DNA of 64,000 bases from Longimicrobiales bacterium (GCA_965238005.1 OZ250165.1:640001-704000), one strand, 5' to 3'. Counted from the first letter of the stretch, positions 12,787 through 24,051 are shown. Notes: generated from the sequence alone by a model not told the origin. Numbers and translations: made by a program.

Positions 12787-12833
12787 AGCCTGGTGGCATG
12801 AGCGCACGTGTCGACGTCGATGCAGGTGAATTT

Positions 12834-12869
12834 CCTTCAATGAGGCCGGGGCAGATCAGCCCCGGAAAT
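12834..12869 (-). CRISPR. Solitary CRISPR-like repeat resembling type I-G (I-U); no array, no cas genes
   Basis: 36 nt ATTTCCGGGGCTGATCTGCCCCGGCCTCATTGAAGG with 7-bp stem and ATTGAAG 3' end; no second copy seen. Confidence 0.65.
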
Positions 12870-13232
12870 CTACTGGAATGCCGCACATCGACGCGGAGCG
12901 GAGAAGCCGCACGGAAGGTGAGTTCGGCCATTGGTATTCTCTCCTTATCATGTAGGTCACTGGGAGCATCTGCGGGTCGGGGCAAGCCGTGGGACACCAT
13001 CCCAGTTGTTCTCCTCCTTTCTTCGGAGTCGGGACGGCAAACCAAACGGGCCCACGAAGGTATTGGGAGCATCGCCCAAGGCTCGGTCGGGCGCGTGGCG
13101 ATCCGGCGGCGACGCGTCCGTTCAGACTGATTCGTACAGCCTTCGCCGTGATCGTGGAGGTCGGCATCGCCCTCGCAACTACTGGAGCGCCCGAGACCGC
13201 CGCCTTATAGTCGATCCCTCGGACTCGCGCCA

Positions 13233-13649
13233 TCACGGGGTCTGCCAGCGCCGCAGCGACGATACGCCCCCCGCTCTCGAGGCGCGACTCGCGTATCGTT
13301 CGTCCGCCGTCACAAACACACCGCCGAGGCCGAGCGCCACGGCATGGTACGCCACGTCGTAGAATGCGACTCCGTACGTCACAGACAGAGACACAGCCCG
13401 GGTTCTCCACCTCGAGTCCAGCCGTGCCTCCGTCAGGCCGAAATCGGCCAACGATGCGAGCAGCTCGTCAGCGTCATCGGGAAACCGCCTCGCCAGCGTG
13501 TTGCCCATCTCGTAGATCCAGAGCTGGGGAACGACCAGCTCGATGGCTCCCGCCACGGCTTCGTCACGCAACAATAGCGCCGCGTCCTGCTCGTCATTGC
13601 CTGGAAGAACCCACTTGAGAAGGACCGATGCGTCGGGAGTCACGATCAC
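13233..13649 (-). CDS. vapC: VapC-like PIN-domain toxin
   Basis: VTPDASVLLKW, YEMGN, FYDVAYHAVA, FVTADERY; upstream antitoxin appears decayed. Confidence 0.85.
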   Translation of the reverse strand: MIVTPDASVLLKWVLPGNDEQDAALLLRDEAVAGAIELVVPQLWIYEMGNTLARRFPDDADELLASLADFGLTEARLDSRWRTRAVSLSVTYGVAFYDVAYHAVALGLGGVFVTADERYASRASRAGGVSSLRRWQTP

Positions 13650-13868
13650 GACAGCCGTTGCTCCCGCTCCTCGCGTATCCATCGGACAATTTGGTCGGTC
13701 TCGACCGTAGGCAGCCGCGCGCGCAGGGCGTCCATTCGGGCGGAGGCGTCCCGACGTGCGGCAACGCCTGCCCACTCCCGGATCGCAGCGTTTATGGCAC
13801 GTCACGAGAGAGGGGCGTGCTCAGCAGTCGGAGCGGTGGGGATGAAGGACTAGATTCTGAAGGTGGCC

Positions 13869-16050
13869 CTACAGCTCGTGAGGTGCGGAGATCACGTTCG
13901 GCAGGGAGTAGGTTAAGTCGTCTGGCAACGGGGACCCCGCATAAGCCGGGTTGAGCGCACCTTGAGCCCAATCGCAGAGAAGCAGCCCGCCACAATCCTC
14001 CAAACCCGTCAACGTCCGGAGTCTGAAGAACCAGACACCAGCGACATGCCTCATTCGCGGATCTCGGAACACGCCGTTCCCGAGGCGCCTTTCTTCTGCG
14101 ATCGACCCCCACCCTCTTGGATCCGGACGTGCGACCACAATAGGATCGCCAAAGAGAGCGGCCCATGCATCATCTTCTACGCCCAGGAAGGCGTCGCAAT
14201 TTAGCGCCCCCGGTTTCTCTGGACAGTAGATTGGCAAAGAGAGCGGGTCCAGAGAGAAAGGGACGTGATGGCCCAGAAGCCGAGGGAAAAGAAGGCGACC
14301 GAAGGTCGTGAGAAGGTACCCGAGCGGTGGAGCGCACAGCATAAGACGGAGGTGGTGCTGCGCCTGCTGCGGGGGGAGGATCTGGTGGAGGTCAGCCGCG
14401 AGGTGCAGGTCTCACCACCGGAGTTGGAGGAATGGCGGCGGGTGTTTCTGGAGACCGGTCAGCAGGGGCTGAGGCGCCGGGGCCGGGACCCTGGAGAACG
14501 AGAGCTGACCCGGACCCAGGCGAAGCTGGGAGAGTTGACGATGCGACTGGAGCTTGCGAGAGAGCTCCTGGAAAAAAGGGGGTACGGGGACGAGCTACGG
14601 ACGCTCTTGAAGCGTGGACGCGAGTGAGTCCGGGGACCGGGCGGCCCTACCCTCTGACGATGATCTGCGAGGCCTGGCGGGTGGGGCGCTCGACGGTCTA
14701 TGCGGCCCGGGATCGAGAAGAGAGCGAGGGGCCGGCAGAGCCGAAGAAACGAGGACCGAAGACGAAGCTGAGCGACGAGGAGTTGGTAGAGGAGATCCGA
14801 CAGGTGCTGAAGCAGAGCGACTTCCTGGGCGAGGGTCATCGAAAGGTGAGGGCGCGCCTGAGGCCGAAGGGGATCCATGTGGGCAAGAACCGCGTGCTCA
14901 GGCTGATGCGGGAGAATGGGCTGCTGGCCCCTGTACGACGCGGGAAGCATCCGCATGGGGACCGGAGCCACAGTGGCCGGATCACGACGGACGTGCCGAA
15001 CGAGCTGTGGGGCACGGACGCGACGCGGTTCTACACGAAGGAGGATGGGTGGTGCTGGTTTTTCGTGGCGGTGGATCACTGCGTCACGGACGTGGTGGGC
15101 TGGCACGTGGCGAAGAAGGGCGATCGGTGGGCAGCGCTCGAGCCGATCCGCCAGGGCGTACGGACCCACATGGACGACTACGCGCCCAAGATCGCTCTGG
15201 GGCTCGGCCTACGGCACGACTGGGGACCGCAGTACACGGCGCATCAGTTCCAGGGGGAGCTGGCCTGGCTCGGGATCCGCTCGACGGCCTCGTACGTGGG
15301 AGAGCCGGAGTGCAACGGCGTCGCAGAGCGCTTCATGCGGACGCTGAAGGAGGAGTGCTTGTACCTCCACGACTTCAAGAGTCTCGAGGAGGCCAGACAG
15401 GAGATCGACGCGCTTATCGAACGCTACAACCGCGGGTGGCTCCTAGAGCGGCATGGGTATCGGACCCCGGCCCAGGTCCGTCAGGCGCTCACCCTGAAGG
15501 CGGCTTGATTAGGCCGCCGACTTGTCCAGCAAACCGGAACCGACACTATGATGAGCCCCGGCTCTGCCTCAGGGAGCTGCGCGGCAGCCTCTTCAATCGC
15601 TCCTCGCCAAAGGGTCGATCCTGGCAACGGTTCCGACGTGACTCCAGGGCCCTCCCCCAAGTACCTGGGATCCGCCCCAGGCCGGGATCCACTGTAGCCG
15701 ACAAGACCCGGCGTGATCTCGTTCCCATCGCGGGCGAATGGGAATCTATCTCGTTGATGCTTCACTTCGACGTAAATCCACAGGCCGTTGAATAGGACTC
15801 GGGCGTCACATCGGCGCTGCCAACGGCCGATCGCATGCGGTTCAACAGCGGTCGCCTTGCTGCTCACTCGCGCTATCGCAAACAGCTCTGGTATCGATCC
15901 CGGCTCACCCTGTAAGACACGGCTGACATACGCGGCGCGCACCGCTTGGGCGGACAGGAGCCGACCTAGCCTCCCGCAATCTGAAATGACTCGCGAAGCT
16001 TCTGCGTCTCCCAAGCGGACTCGTAGCTCAACCTCAGTTTCGCTGGTCAT
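13869..16050 (-). pseudogene. PD-(D/E)XK nuclease-like gene (278 aa when rejoined) interrupted by an IS
   Basis: CDARV...YVEVK motif; joining 16050-15547 to 14201-13869 restores the frame (...GLII-NCDAF...). Confidence 0.7.
14204..15546 (+). mobile_element. IS3-family element (OrfA ~14268-14627, OrfB ending 15508) flanked by TA
   Basis: rve DDE motifs WGTDAT, LRHDWGPQY, NGVAERFMRTLKEE; A6G slippery tract near 14572; imperfect terminal IRs. Confidence 0.9.
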
Positions 16051-16139
16051 TGCTCCTCGATCGCTTTCCCCGTCCAAGGCTGTACGCCGAAAGCAGCTCG
16101 CCATCCTGAGATTCGGGTTTCGGGGTTACGCCGTCCGGA

Positions 16140-16568
16140 CTAGCTAGGTTTCAGCTGAGCCTCAGCATGCTCCAACCAGGGTACATCGGCGTCAGCGGTG
16201 AAATGGCGCATCATGTCTATCGCGACACGAACCATCTGGCGGGGGTCGCCGTCGAGGAGCTGATGGAGAAGCGACTCACGATCTAAGTGTCCTTTGACAT
16301 AGAAGTCAGCGCTCTTCAAGTGGACTGTCGAGTCACGAACTCGTTTAAGGCGCTTGAACGACGCCCAAAGCTTCCGGTCCTTCGGAAGGTCAATCCTTGT
16401 GAGGGTTGGAAGAGCCTGGGAGTACTTCTCCTCAGTGCTCAGTTGGCGCTGAATCTCCTCGGATGTCCACTTCACCGCCTGTCCGCGAAACTCAAGCTCT
16501 ACCGTTTTAGGGTCTCGAAGTGATTCATCGATCGAGATGTTGGCGAACGCCTCCAACGCCTGAAATGA
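16140..16568 (-). pseudogene. HEPN-like protein C-terminal fragment
   Basis: ALEAFAN and KRVRDSTVH (RxxxxH); N-terminus lost at the fusion with the mrr fragment. Confidence 0.55.
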
Positions 16569-16569
16569 A

Positions 16570-16759
16570 AGCGCTCCAGAACAGCTGCTCAAGGAGCTCC
16601 TTCTGGGTCCAGAGTCGAACCTTGAAGAAGCTGCCCGCCAACTCCTTCTGCACGTTGGTCTTGAAGCCTCCCCAAGCGACGAATAGGCCCTCCTGCGCAC
16701 TGAACTTAGAGACGGCTCCGAGCAGCTTGTCGACGGTTGGCCGGTCAATCGGTGCTTTC
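16570..16759 (-). pseudogene. Mrr-like restriction endonuclease, C-terminal part
   Basis: KAPIDRPTVDKLLGAV...GLFVAWGGFK...VRLWTQKELLEQL continues the ORF broken at 18114. Confidence 0.8.
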
Positions 16760-17340
16760 ATGACGGCGGACTGGGCCGCCCACCTCGCCGGCTAGACTCT
16801 GGAACCGGAGGCCGCGCCGAGCCGCCGAAGGACCTCCGCCGATCCTCGAGCGCTGGCCGATTCCGCAGCCGAGAACCATTAGCGGCTCGGACCATGATCC
16901 CGCTCTCGCCCACGCTGGCGCATCAGGTCCAGCGCCCGCGTCCATTGGGATCGAAGCAGGACGGCGGCCTGTCCTTCGCCCCGTCGGCGGGGAGTCGAGC
17001 GGGTGTCGGAGACGCCAAGGCCCCGGTCCGGGGCAAAGGGCTCCTGTCCATGGGCTGGGTTAGGCCTTCGCCAACGGAAGCGTGTGGTACTCCGAGGAAC
17101 CACCGAGAGCCCGTGGCGCCTCTTAGCTCAGCTCGCGGTTGGTCAAGGCGGCGATCCTGGAACACAGCCGGTGTAGGCCCGACGCAGAGAGTTCAGCGGC
17201 TCGCGGGCGAGTTGCTCGTCCGGGTGACCCAGGTCAGCTTAGGGGGTGGTGTGGGTGGAAGTGTGGAGTCACAGCCTCTGCGGCGGCGATGGCCATGATG
17301 TGGAGGCGACAAGTCTAATGCAAGATCGAGGCACTCTCTC

Positions 17341-18114
17341 ATGGCGGTATGGCTGGTGCGTGGCGGAGCCCACGGCGAGTACGAACAGAAGTTCATCCAA
17401 GAGGACCGCATCTACGTCACCTGGGACATGCTGGATGTCAATCTCGCCCGCTTGAAGGCACGGGAGGATCTCCTTGCGGCAATGACCGACCGCTATGCGA
17501 CAGCCAAGCCTAAGACCATTCTCAATTGGGCCAGCCAGCTCTGGCCGTTCGCGCATCGAATGCAGGTGGGCGATCTAGTGGTCCTTCCACTCAAAGGACA
17601 GCCGGCTGTCTACGTTGGCGAGATCATAGGCGACTATCACTTCGAGCCGAACGGCCCGGATCCGTACTTCCACTGGCGACCGGTCAAGTGGATCGGCGAA
17701 GCCATCCCACGGGCCAGCTTCGGAAAAGACCTGCTTCACTCGTTTGGCTCGTTCATGACGATCTGCCGCATCAAGCGCAACAACGCGGAGGACCGGCTGG
17801 AGGCGATGCGACAGTCAGCCTGGAAGTCCGATCCGGGCATCAAGGGTCAGACGGGAACCATCGAGGACCCGGATGACGAGACCGATGCCGTTGGCGTCGA
17901 CCTCGAACAGCTCGGCCGGGATCAGATTGCCCGGCTCATCTCTGCTAAGTTTTCAGGCCACAGCCTGGCGAGACTTGTTGAGGCAATCCTCCAGGCTCAA
18001 GGCTACACAACGTACCGTAGCTCCGAGGGTGCGGACGGAGGTGCGGACATCCTGGCAGGCTCTGGGCCGCTCGGGTTCGGCATCCCTCGTCTGTGTGTGG
18101 AAGTCAAGTCTGAG
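17341..18114 (+). pseudogene. Mrr-like restriction endonuclease, N-terminal part
   Basis: MAVWLVRGG, GDLVVLP, GADGGADILAG...CVEVKSE, then an abrupt AT-rich att arm. Confidence 0.85.
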
Positions 18115-18215
18115 TATAAGCTGTAAATCTATGATATACTGTGCGTTACGTATTCCATAAAACGTCCTCCGTCACCCCTGTGATCACCCTTTACGCTTCG
18201 GGTTGCGGAATCCCC
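18114..18215 (+). repeat. Family B att-like right arm
   Basis: TGTAAATCTATGATATACTGTGCGTTAC...TCACCCCTGTGATCACCCTTTACGC...GGAATCCC, colinear with 3913-4005. Confidence 0.7.
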
Positions 18216-18414
18216 CCAAAACCCCCGAACACTTGGAGCTTGAACTGGCGCCCGAAAACTACCGGCTCAAGCTGAGTTCGCTGCCCAAGGTCTGCCCCGA
18301 CAAGAACTTCAAGTTCCGGGTGACCGGACACCGGCATCCGCTCGAACCTGCCACGTAGCCCCGGTGGCCGTCGGATCGCCGGGACGATCCCCGGAAACCG
18401 GCCCGCCTACCGGC

Positions 18415-19707
18415 TCAGGGGCTGTATACGTAGACCACCGGCAGCTTGGAAACGTCGGTGACGCTCCTGTCCGTGTGGTGGTAGATGTTCATCCGTCCCG
18501 TGCCGCAGTCGCCGAACCGGTCGCAGGATAGCGTCCCGACCAGGCCGCTCATAGCGGTTGCCCCCACCTGCTCGCGCAGTGCCGCCCGGTCTATGTGCAG
18601 CCTGTCACCGTCCTCCACGGCAACGGCCTCGATGGCCGAGAGGAGGATGCTGGTCGCATCGTAGGCGTGCGCCCAATAGGGTGACTCGGGGAACCCGCCG
18701 TGCCTGGCCTCGAACGCGGCGAGAACCTGCTCCCCGCTCCGTCCTGTCACCTCGTTGACGTTTGAGCGAAAGTCCGATTCCGTCCCCGCGAAGTAGATCC
18801 CCTCCGACTGCGGCGTTTTCAGGAACGCGGACACCAGCAGCGCGTCCGCTGAAATCAGGGTCGTCCCTTCAAGCCTGTCGAAGGCCCGGGCCTGCGCGGC
18901 AAAGGCGGATCCCTCCGTGATGAACAGCGGGAAGAAGATGGCGTCCGGGCCGGCGACCGCGAACTGCTCCAGAACCTCCGTCATGTCGGTGTCACCCTTC
19001 TCGATTTCTGCCTGGGCCGGCACTTTGCCCCCGAGGGCCGAAAACGCGTCGGCGAACGCCGCCACGAGGGCGGACGTGTAGGGGTCGCCGTCGTGAACGG
19101 TGGCCACGCTCCGCAGCTCCAGCTGGTTGTAGACGAAGTCCGAGAGGGCGCGTGCCTGGTGGAGGTCGTTGGACGACACGCGAAAGTAACCGGCGTGATA
19201 GTCGGGGTTCGCGTTGCCGGCCAGGTCGGAGGTGAGCCGCGGCGAGGTGTTGCCCGGCGAAATCATGACCAAGCCCGCGTCGCTGATGACGGGCGACGCC
19301 GCCACGGCCGCGGCCGAGCAGATTGTTCCGATGACGCCGGCCACCTGCGGGTCCCCGATGATTCCAAGCGCACCTTCGCGGCCGCCTTCCGGCGAACAAC
19401 TGGTGTCAACCGGATCGCCCAGGTCGACCTGGCGCCCGTGAACGGGACCCATGTCCTCGACGGCGAACTCGGCCCCGTGCTGGGACACGGCCCCCAGCGA
19501 CGGCGTGACCGTGACCGAAAGCAGCATGCGGATCCGCACGGCCTTGCCTGCCTCCAAAGTGACCGCACCCAGCGGCCCGGGCTCGAATTCCGGCGGTGTG
19601 GTTGTACTTGGTGTGGTTGGACTTGGTGTGGTTGGACTTTCTTTGCATCCCGGCGTCGCAAGAACGGCGATCAGCGCCGCGACGGAAAAAACGATGCGCT
19701 TTCGCAT
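18415..19707 (-). CDS. Branched-chain amino acid ABC substrate-binding lipoprotein (LivJ/K-like), no transporter genes adjacent
   Basis: Lipoprotein signal, TTPS linker repeats, VIGTICS, MISPGNTSPRLT, YFRV, AHAYDAT. Confidence 0.9.
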   Translation of the reverse strand: MRKRIVFSVAALIAVLATPGCKESPTTPSPTTPSTTTPPEFEPGPLGAVTLEAGKAVRIRMLLSVTVTPSLGAVSQHGAEFAVEDMGPVHGRQVDLGDPVDTSCSPEGGREGALGIIGDPQVAGVIGTICSAAAVAASPVISDAGLVMISPGNTSPRLTSDLAGNANPDYHAGYFRVSSNDLHQARALSDFVYNQLELRSVATVHDGDPYTSALVAAFADAFSALGGKVPAQAEIEKGDTDMTEVLEQFAVAGPDAIFFPLFITEGSAFAAQARAFDRLEGTTLISADALLVSAFLKTPQSEGIYFAGTESDFRSNVNEVTGRSGEQVLAAFEARHGGFPESPYWAHAYDATSILLSAIEAVAVEDGDRLHIDRAALREQVGATAMSGLVGTLSCDRFGDCGTGRMNIYHHTDRSVTDVSKLPVVYVYSP

Positions 19708-20298
19708 GAGACCGACTCCTTCTTTTCTGTCATGTGTCGTGGGGTGACGGTCTATCCACCGGTGTGGACAGCCGCGCATCACTAACGTTAAACCGCCGGT
19801 TCGGATCCCACCACCTCCGCCCAGCGAACTTCCCTCATGCCAGGCGTCGAGGGCCGGGCTGCCGGTCGGTCGGGGCCTCCCCGGCTTCGGCCCATACGCT
19901 TGGCCGGCTCCTCGCCGTCTGGCGTGACATCGAGGTGACCCGCAGCCGCGCCTTCAATTGGCTGACGGTGACGGGCACGCCGCACGAGCGGTGCGGGCGC
20001 CGGCAGTCCAACGTCGGCGATATCGCCCGCGGCCTCTTACAGGTTGGCGGACTTCGTCCCAATCCCGGTGAACAGCAAGATCGCGGCCATCTCAATCATG
20101 CGGCTATCGATGGCCACGGCCTTGGCCCGCCCGCTGGCGAGCTCGGCCGACGTGGCGCGAGCGGCGACCATGGCGGTGCGGTGGGTCAGCCATCGGCGCA
20201 CCGGCGGCGGGTTTCGGGGGGGCGCACCGGCCGCGCGACCGCTGCCCCGGCAGCGGCGCGGGAAGCTGGGGGTTCGAAGGGGAAGCGGAGCCACCCCT

Positions 20299-20353
20299 CG
20301 CCAGCCCCTGCCGGGGACCCGCGAAGCGTGGCCCCAAAGGGTAGGCTGGCTTA
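20299..20353 (+). promoter_or_regulatory. Orphan ColE1/MOBP5-type oriT, copy 2
   Basis: 53-bp core ending in CTGGCTTA, the ColE1 nic motif. Confidence 0.75.
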
Positions 20354-20740
20354 AGCACCTTAGTCCGCACCGAAGGTGTGGAACTCGAACCCGCCCGTCA
20401 GCACCCCGCGACCCGGACGTGACCACGCGCGCCGTACTTCGGGATTGCCTCATCGCGCGGCGCCAGCACGTACCCGCACGCCCGCGCCGTGGCGACGAGA
20501 TTCCAATCTTCGGATCGCCACGCCGTCATCCGCCGGGTCTTTCTCAGCCCCGCGCGACGCCCAAGGGAGAACCCGTCACGGGTTCCGCGAACGTACCGTA
20601 TGGTCCCGTGTAATCGCGCTAGAAATATACGGGATCACATACGATAGAAACGAGTCAAACCAAAAACTACGACATTATTAAGTAACTATATATCACTTAG
20701 TTACGACGATGTCCGCACATCGTCGATAGCTGCCGCTCCC

Positions 20741-21026
20741 CACCGTGCACGCCAACAACGCCCGCTCCGCGCTCTCACGCCTGGCGAGCTGCGCCATGCA
20801 GGCCGAGGGCGCGCTCCCCTGGGACGTCACCTGCCGGGGCGTCGTGGACGGCATCTCGCTCGTGCTCCACATCACCCGGCAACGGGGCAGGCGGTTCGTC
20901 GAGGAGGCCATCCAAGTCCAGGGCTACGACGCGGCCACCGGCCGCTGGGTCACCGAACCGATATCGAGCGGGGTCGAGGAACCCCCCCAAAGCAGCACCC
21001 ACCAACCCAAGGAGGTGAACCCATGA
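20741..21026 (+). pseudogene. VirB11-like ATPase 3' fragment
   Basis: Near-identical to 56997-57225; preceded by an AT-rich att-like end at about 20620-20730. Confidence 0.85.
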
Positions 21027-21220
21027 CGAACGGTGAGACGACCATCCGCGTCGAGACGTTCGAAGACTTCGACCGGGAACTCGCGCGCGACGGCGGCGAG
21101 ACCCTCGAGGTCCCGGCCTACCTGGCCGAGGAGTACGGCCTCTTCCCCGAGGAGGTCGGGAGCGAGGAAGACATCCTGGACGCCGGCGCCGACCCGCACG
21201 GGGAGGAGGTGGACCGATGA
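21023..21220 (+). CDS. 65-aa highly acidic protein
   Basis: GGAGG RBS, coupled to ardC; paralog of 57281-57478. Confidence 0.8.
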   Translation: MTNGETTIRVETFEDFDRELARDGGETLEVPAYLAEEYGLFPEEVGSEEDILDAGADPHGEEVDR

Positions 21221-21978
21221 AGCACGACGAATACCACCGCAAGTTCGCCGACCGGGTCATCGAGCAGATCAAGCAGGGCACCGCGCCCTGGCAGAAGCCC
21301 TGGGCGCCGGGCGAGCGGGTGCTCCCCGCGAACGTGGACACCGACCGCTCCTATCGTGGCGGCAACAGCCTGCACCTCGCCGCCGTCCAGCAGGAGCGCG
21401 GCTACGGTGACGTGCGCTGGGGCACCTACCGCCAGATCCAGGCCCGCGGCGGACAGGTCCGGAAGGGCGAGACCGGCACCCGCATCCTCTCCTTCCAGGA
21501 TCACAAGAGAACCGCCGTCACCGACGAGCACGGCCAGCCCAGGAGGGACGGCGAGGGCAAGCGCGTCTACCGCTACGAGCGGCTCAAGGCGCCCTTCGTC
21601 CGCCAGTACACCGTGTTCAACGCCGAGCAGGCCGACGGGCTGCCCGCACGGTCCACCCCGACGCCCGAGCCGCTCTGGAAGACCCACCAGGAGGCTGAAC
21701 GGGTGCTCGAGGACGGAGGGGTTCCGATACGCCACGTCGCGGGCGACCGCGCCTTCTACCACCTGAACCGCGACGAGGTCGTGCTCCCCGAACGGGGACA
21801 GTTCCCCTCCGCCAACCACTACTACCAGACGGCGCTCCACGAGCTGGGCCACAGCACCGGCCACCCCGAGCGGATGAACCGCGAGACGCTCGTCGAAGGG
21901 ATCAAGACGGGCTTCGGGTCGCCCGACTACGCGAAGGAGGAACTGAGGGCCGAGATCAGCGCCATGATGGACACATAG
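21217..21978 (+). pseudogene. ardC: ArdC, 3'-truncated
   Basis: Matches 57475-58503 up to ISAMM, then an AT-rich att-like tract at about 21970-22115. Confidence 0.85.
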
Positions 21979-22118
21979 AATCCAGCAGCGTTCGTAGTCA
22001 TCCAGAGTATTCCATAAACTACCGTATTATCAACACTTTATAAGCATTCATCACCGATCTTACCGGCTCATAATATCTCTTTACATCCACCTTAATCCCC
22101 TATATTATGTGGGGTCGA

Positions 22119-22355
22119 TTGCTCGCAACGCTCGAGATCGCGGCCGTGCCTCACGGGTTCCGGTCGAGCTTCCGGGACTGGGCGGCCGAGGAGACTGACC
22201 ATCCCCGCGAGGTCGTCGAGGCGGCGCTGGCGCATGTGGTGAAGAACAAGGTCGAGGCGGCCTACAGGCGTTCGGACCTGTTCGAGCGCCGACGTCGGCT
22301 CATGGACAACTGGGCGGCCTACCTACTCGTAGATGGAGAGGCCCAACGCCAGTGA
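22119..22355 (+). pseudogene. P4-like tyrosine integrase C-terminal fragment
   Basis: PHGFRSSFRDWAAE...EAALAH...EAAYRRSDLFERRRRLM. Confidence 0.9.
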
Positions 22356-22470
22356 AGGTTCCTCACGTGGAACGTCAACCAGGCGGGCGAATCCCAGCCC
22401 GAGCTGTGGGAGATGGTTCAGCGCGAAGATGCGGACGTCGTCTTGCTTCAGGAAGTCACGGGGATTCCAG
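22352..22470 (+). pseudogene. Endonuclease/exonuclease/phosphatase N-terminal remnant
   Basis: Frameshifted reading LTWNVNQ...DADVVLLQEV. Confidence 0.6.
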
Positions 22471-23106
22471 GTCGGACCCGATCTGCCAGAAGTGCATGTC
22501 CACCAGTTTCATGAGCGGATACCGGGGGCTACCACAATCAATGATCTTGGACTGTAGCTCGGCCAGTTCCAGCCGATTGTCAATGCAGAACCGTAGGATG
22601 CGATCGACGAAGCGTCTATTCACACAAGAATACGGATACCGCTGTGCCCTGAAACCTTTGATGAAGAAGCGGTCGCACGCCGGGAGGCAACCTATCGTTC
22701 CCAGCAGGACCTTCGTGGTCAGCGTGTCCGTCGGCTTCCCGAATGGCTCGTACGCGGTCCTCACCGACTCCACCAGTGCCATGATGAGTTTGACGTCGTC
22801 ATCGTGGGTGCCAATATCACGTTGCCAGAGGTTCGAGAACTTAGGCGACGCCAAGGCACGGATGACGGGCAGGTGGGCAGTGTACGTACGCTGTAAGAGA
22901 AAGCTGGAACCCCGATACATACCCCAGCTCGCGAGGTAGAAGCCCAGTTGGAGGGCAGCGATATTTGCTACCTGTAGGAGGTCCCCGCAGTGCTCTCGGA
23001 AGAACCCGTAGCAGTGTTCCCAGGATCGGCCGCGACCATCCGTATCGCGAACACACTGATCGTCGTAGTACCTGCCAATGGTCTGTCCCAGTGTTACTTG
23101 ACTCAT
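22456..23106 (-). CDS. Hypothetical protein, possible HhH-superfamily DNA glycosylase
   Basis: Intact 216 aa; LGFYLASWGMYRGSSFL and TLTTKVLLGTIGCLPACD (K...D spacing). Confidence 0.6.
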   Translation of the reverse strand: MSQVTLGQTIGRYYDDQCVRDTDGRGRSWEHCYGFFREHCGDLLQVANIAALQLGFYLASWGMYRGSSFLLQRTYTAHLPVIRALASPKFSNLWQRDIGTHDDDVKLIMALVESVRTAYEPFGKPTDTLTTKVLLGTIGCLPACDRFFIKGFRAQRYPYSCVNRRFVDRILRFCIDNRLELAELQSKIIDCGSPRYPLMKLVDMHFWQIGSDLESP

Positions 23107-23250
23107 TGTACACTCTCAACTTGTGTCCACAGCCCTCTCTTCACCTTAGAAGATCTGGGCCACCTCCTAGTGTCCGATGATGTCGGAGGACTCGAATCGG
23201 GTCTCCGGGCCGGGTCCACGCGACCCTCTCCCGATTATAGCCGACTTCGA

Positions 23251-24051
23251 TCAGCCATCCGTGAACCAGCCCGGATCTTCGACCGGCGGCCACTCGATGC
23301 TGAATTCCTCACAAACCCTCTGCCAAGTAGCCGCCCCGAGGATACTCGCCGCAATGATATCCCGCTCTTTGGCTGTCCGATGAGGGAGACTAGGCACTAG
23401 TAATTCAGGCCTAAGCTGTTCATCTGAGGCTGAGGACCATCGCTCCGATACCAGCATCGGATCAGGCCTCTCTCCCTCCACTAGAAGCAGCCCTATCACC
23501 CTTCGACCGCCAGCCACTTCCCACGCAGCGTCCATGTGGCGGACCAACTGACTTCGCTTCTCCATGAAAGTCGTCTTGCTGGTGGTAGATCGTTCGGTGC
23601 GCTTTCCCTCCACAACCAGAACGATACTGTCGGTCTCGATATAGGCGTCCGGACAGGACTCGCCTTCGAGAACGAACCATTTCTTTCCCTTCTCTCCGGC
23701 GCGCAACCGTGTGAGTGCTTCCTGCACTACATCGGGATCACGGTGAGCCAGCGCCAGTCGCTTCCGGCGGGTCCCCTCACTCGTATCAGACTTAGCTACC
23801 GCCTCGGGCGTGATATTCTGGATCAGCCACTCCAACAGTCCCAGGGGTGGTGAGAGGGGCAACTCGTTCTCTCCCCACGTTCGGGGATGGCCCGGTACGA
23901 GTTCGCCAACGGAGCTGGGTAAGTCGACCTTATTCGCCCTTGAGCCAAGACGGATCAGACGGTCGAGCCAGACAGCTCCCGTCGGATCACAGTCGAAGAG
24001 TCTGTCGAACACTGGAGCCACTCGAGTCTTCGAAGAGTCAAGTCTTCCCAT
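23251..24051 (-). CDS. PD-(D/E)XK nuclease-like protein
   Basis: Intact 266 aa; EGESCPDAYIETDSIVLVVEGKRTE...RSQLVRH. Confidence 0.7.
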   Translation of the reverse strand: MGRLDSSKTRVAPVFDRLFDCDPTGAVWLDRLIRLGSRANKVDLPSSVGELVPGHPRTWGENELPLSPPLGLLEWLIQNITPEAVAKSDTSEGTRRKRLALAHRDPDVVQEALTRLRAGEKGKKWFVLEGESCPDAYIETDSIVLVVEGKRTERSTTSKTTFMEKRSQLVRHMDAAWEVAGGRRVIGLLLVEGERPDPMLVSERWSSASDEQLRPELLVPSLPHRTAKERDIIAASILGAATWQRVCEEFSIEWPPVEDPGWFTDG

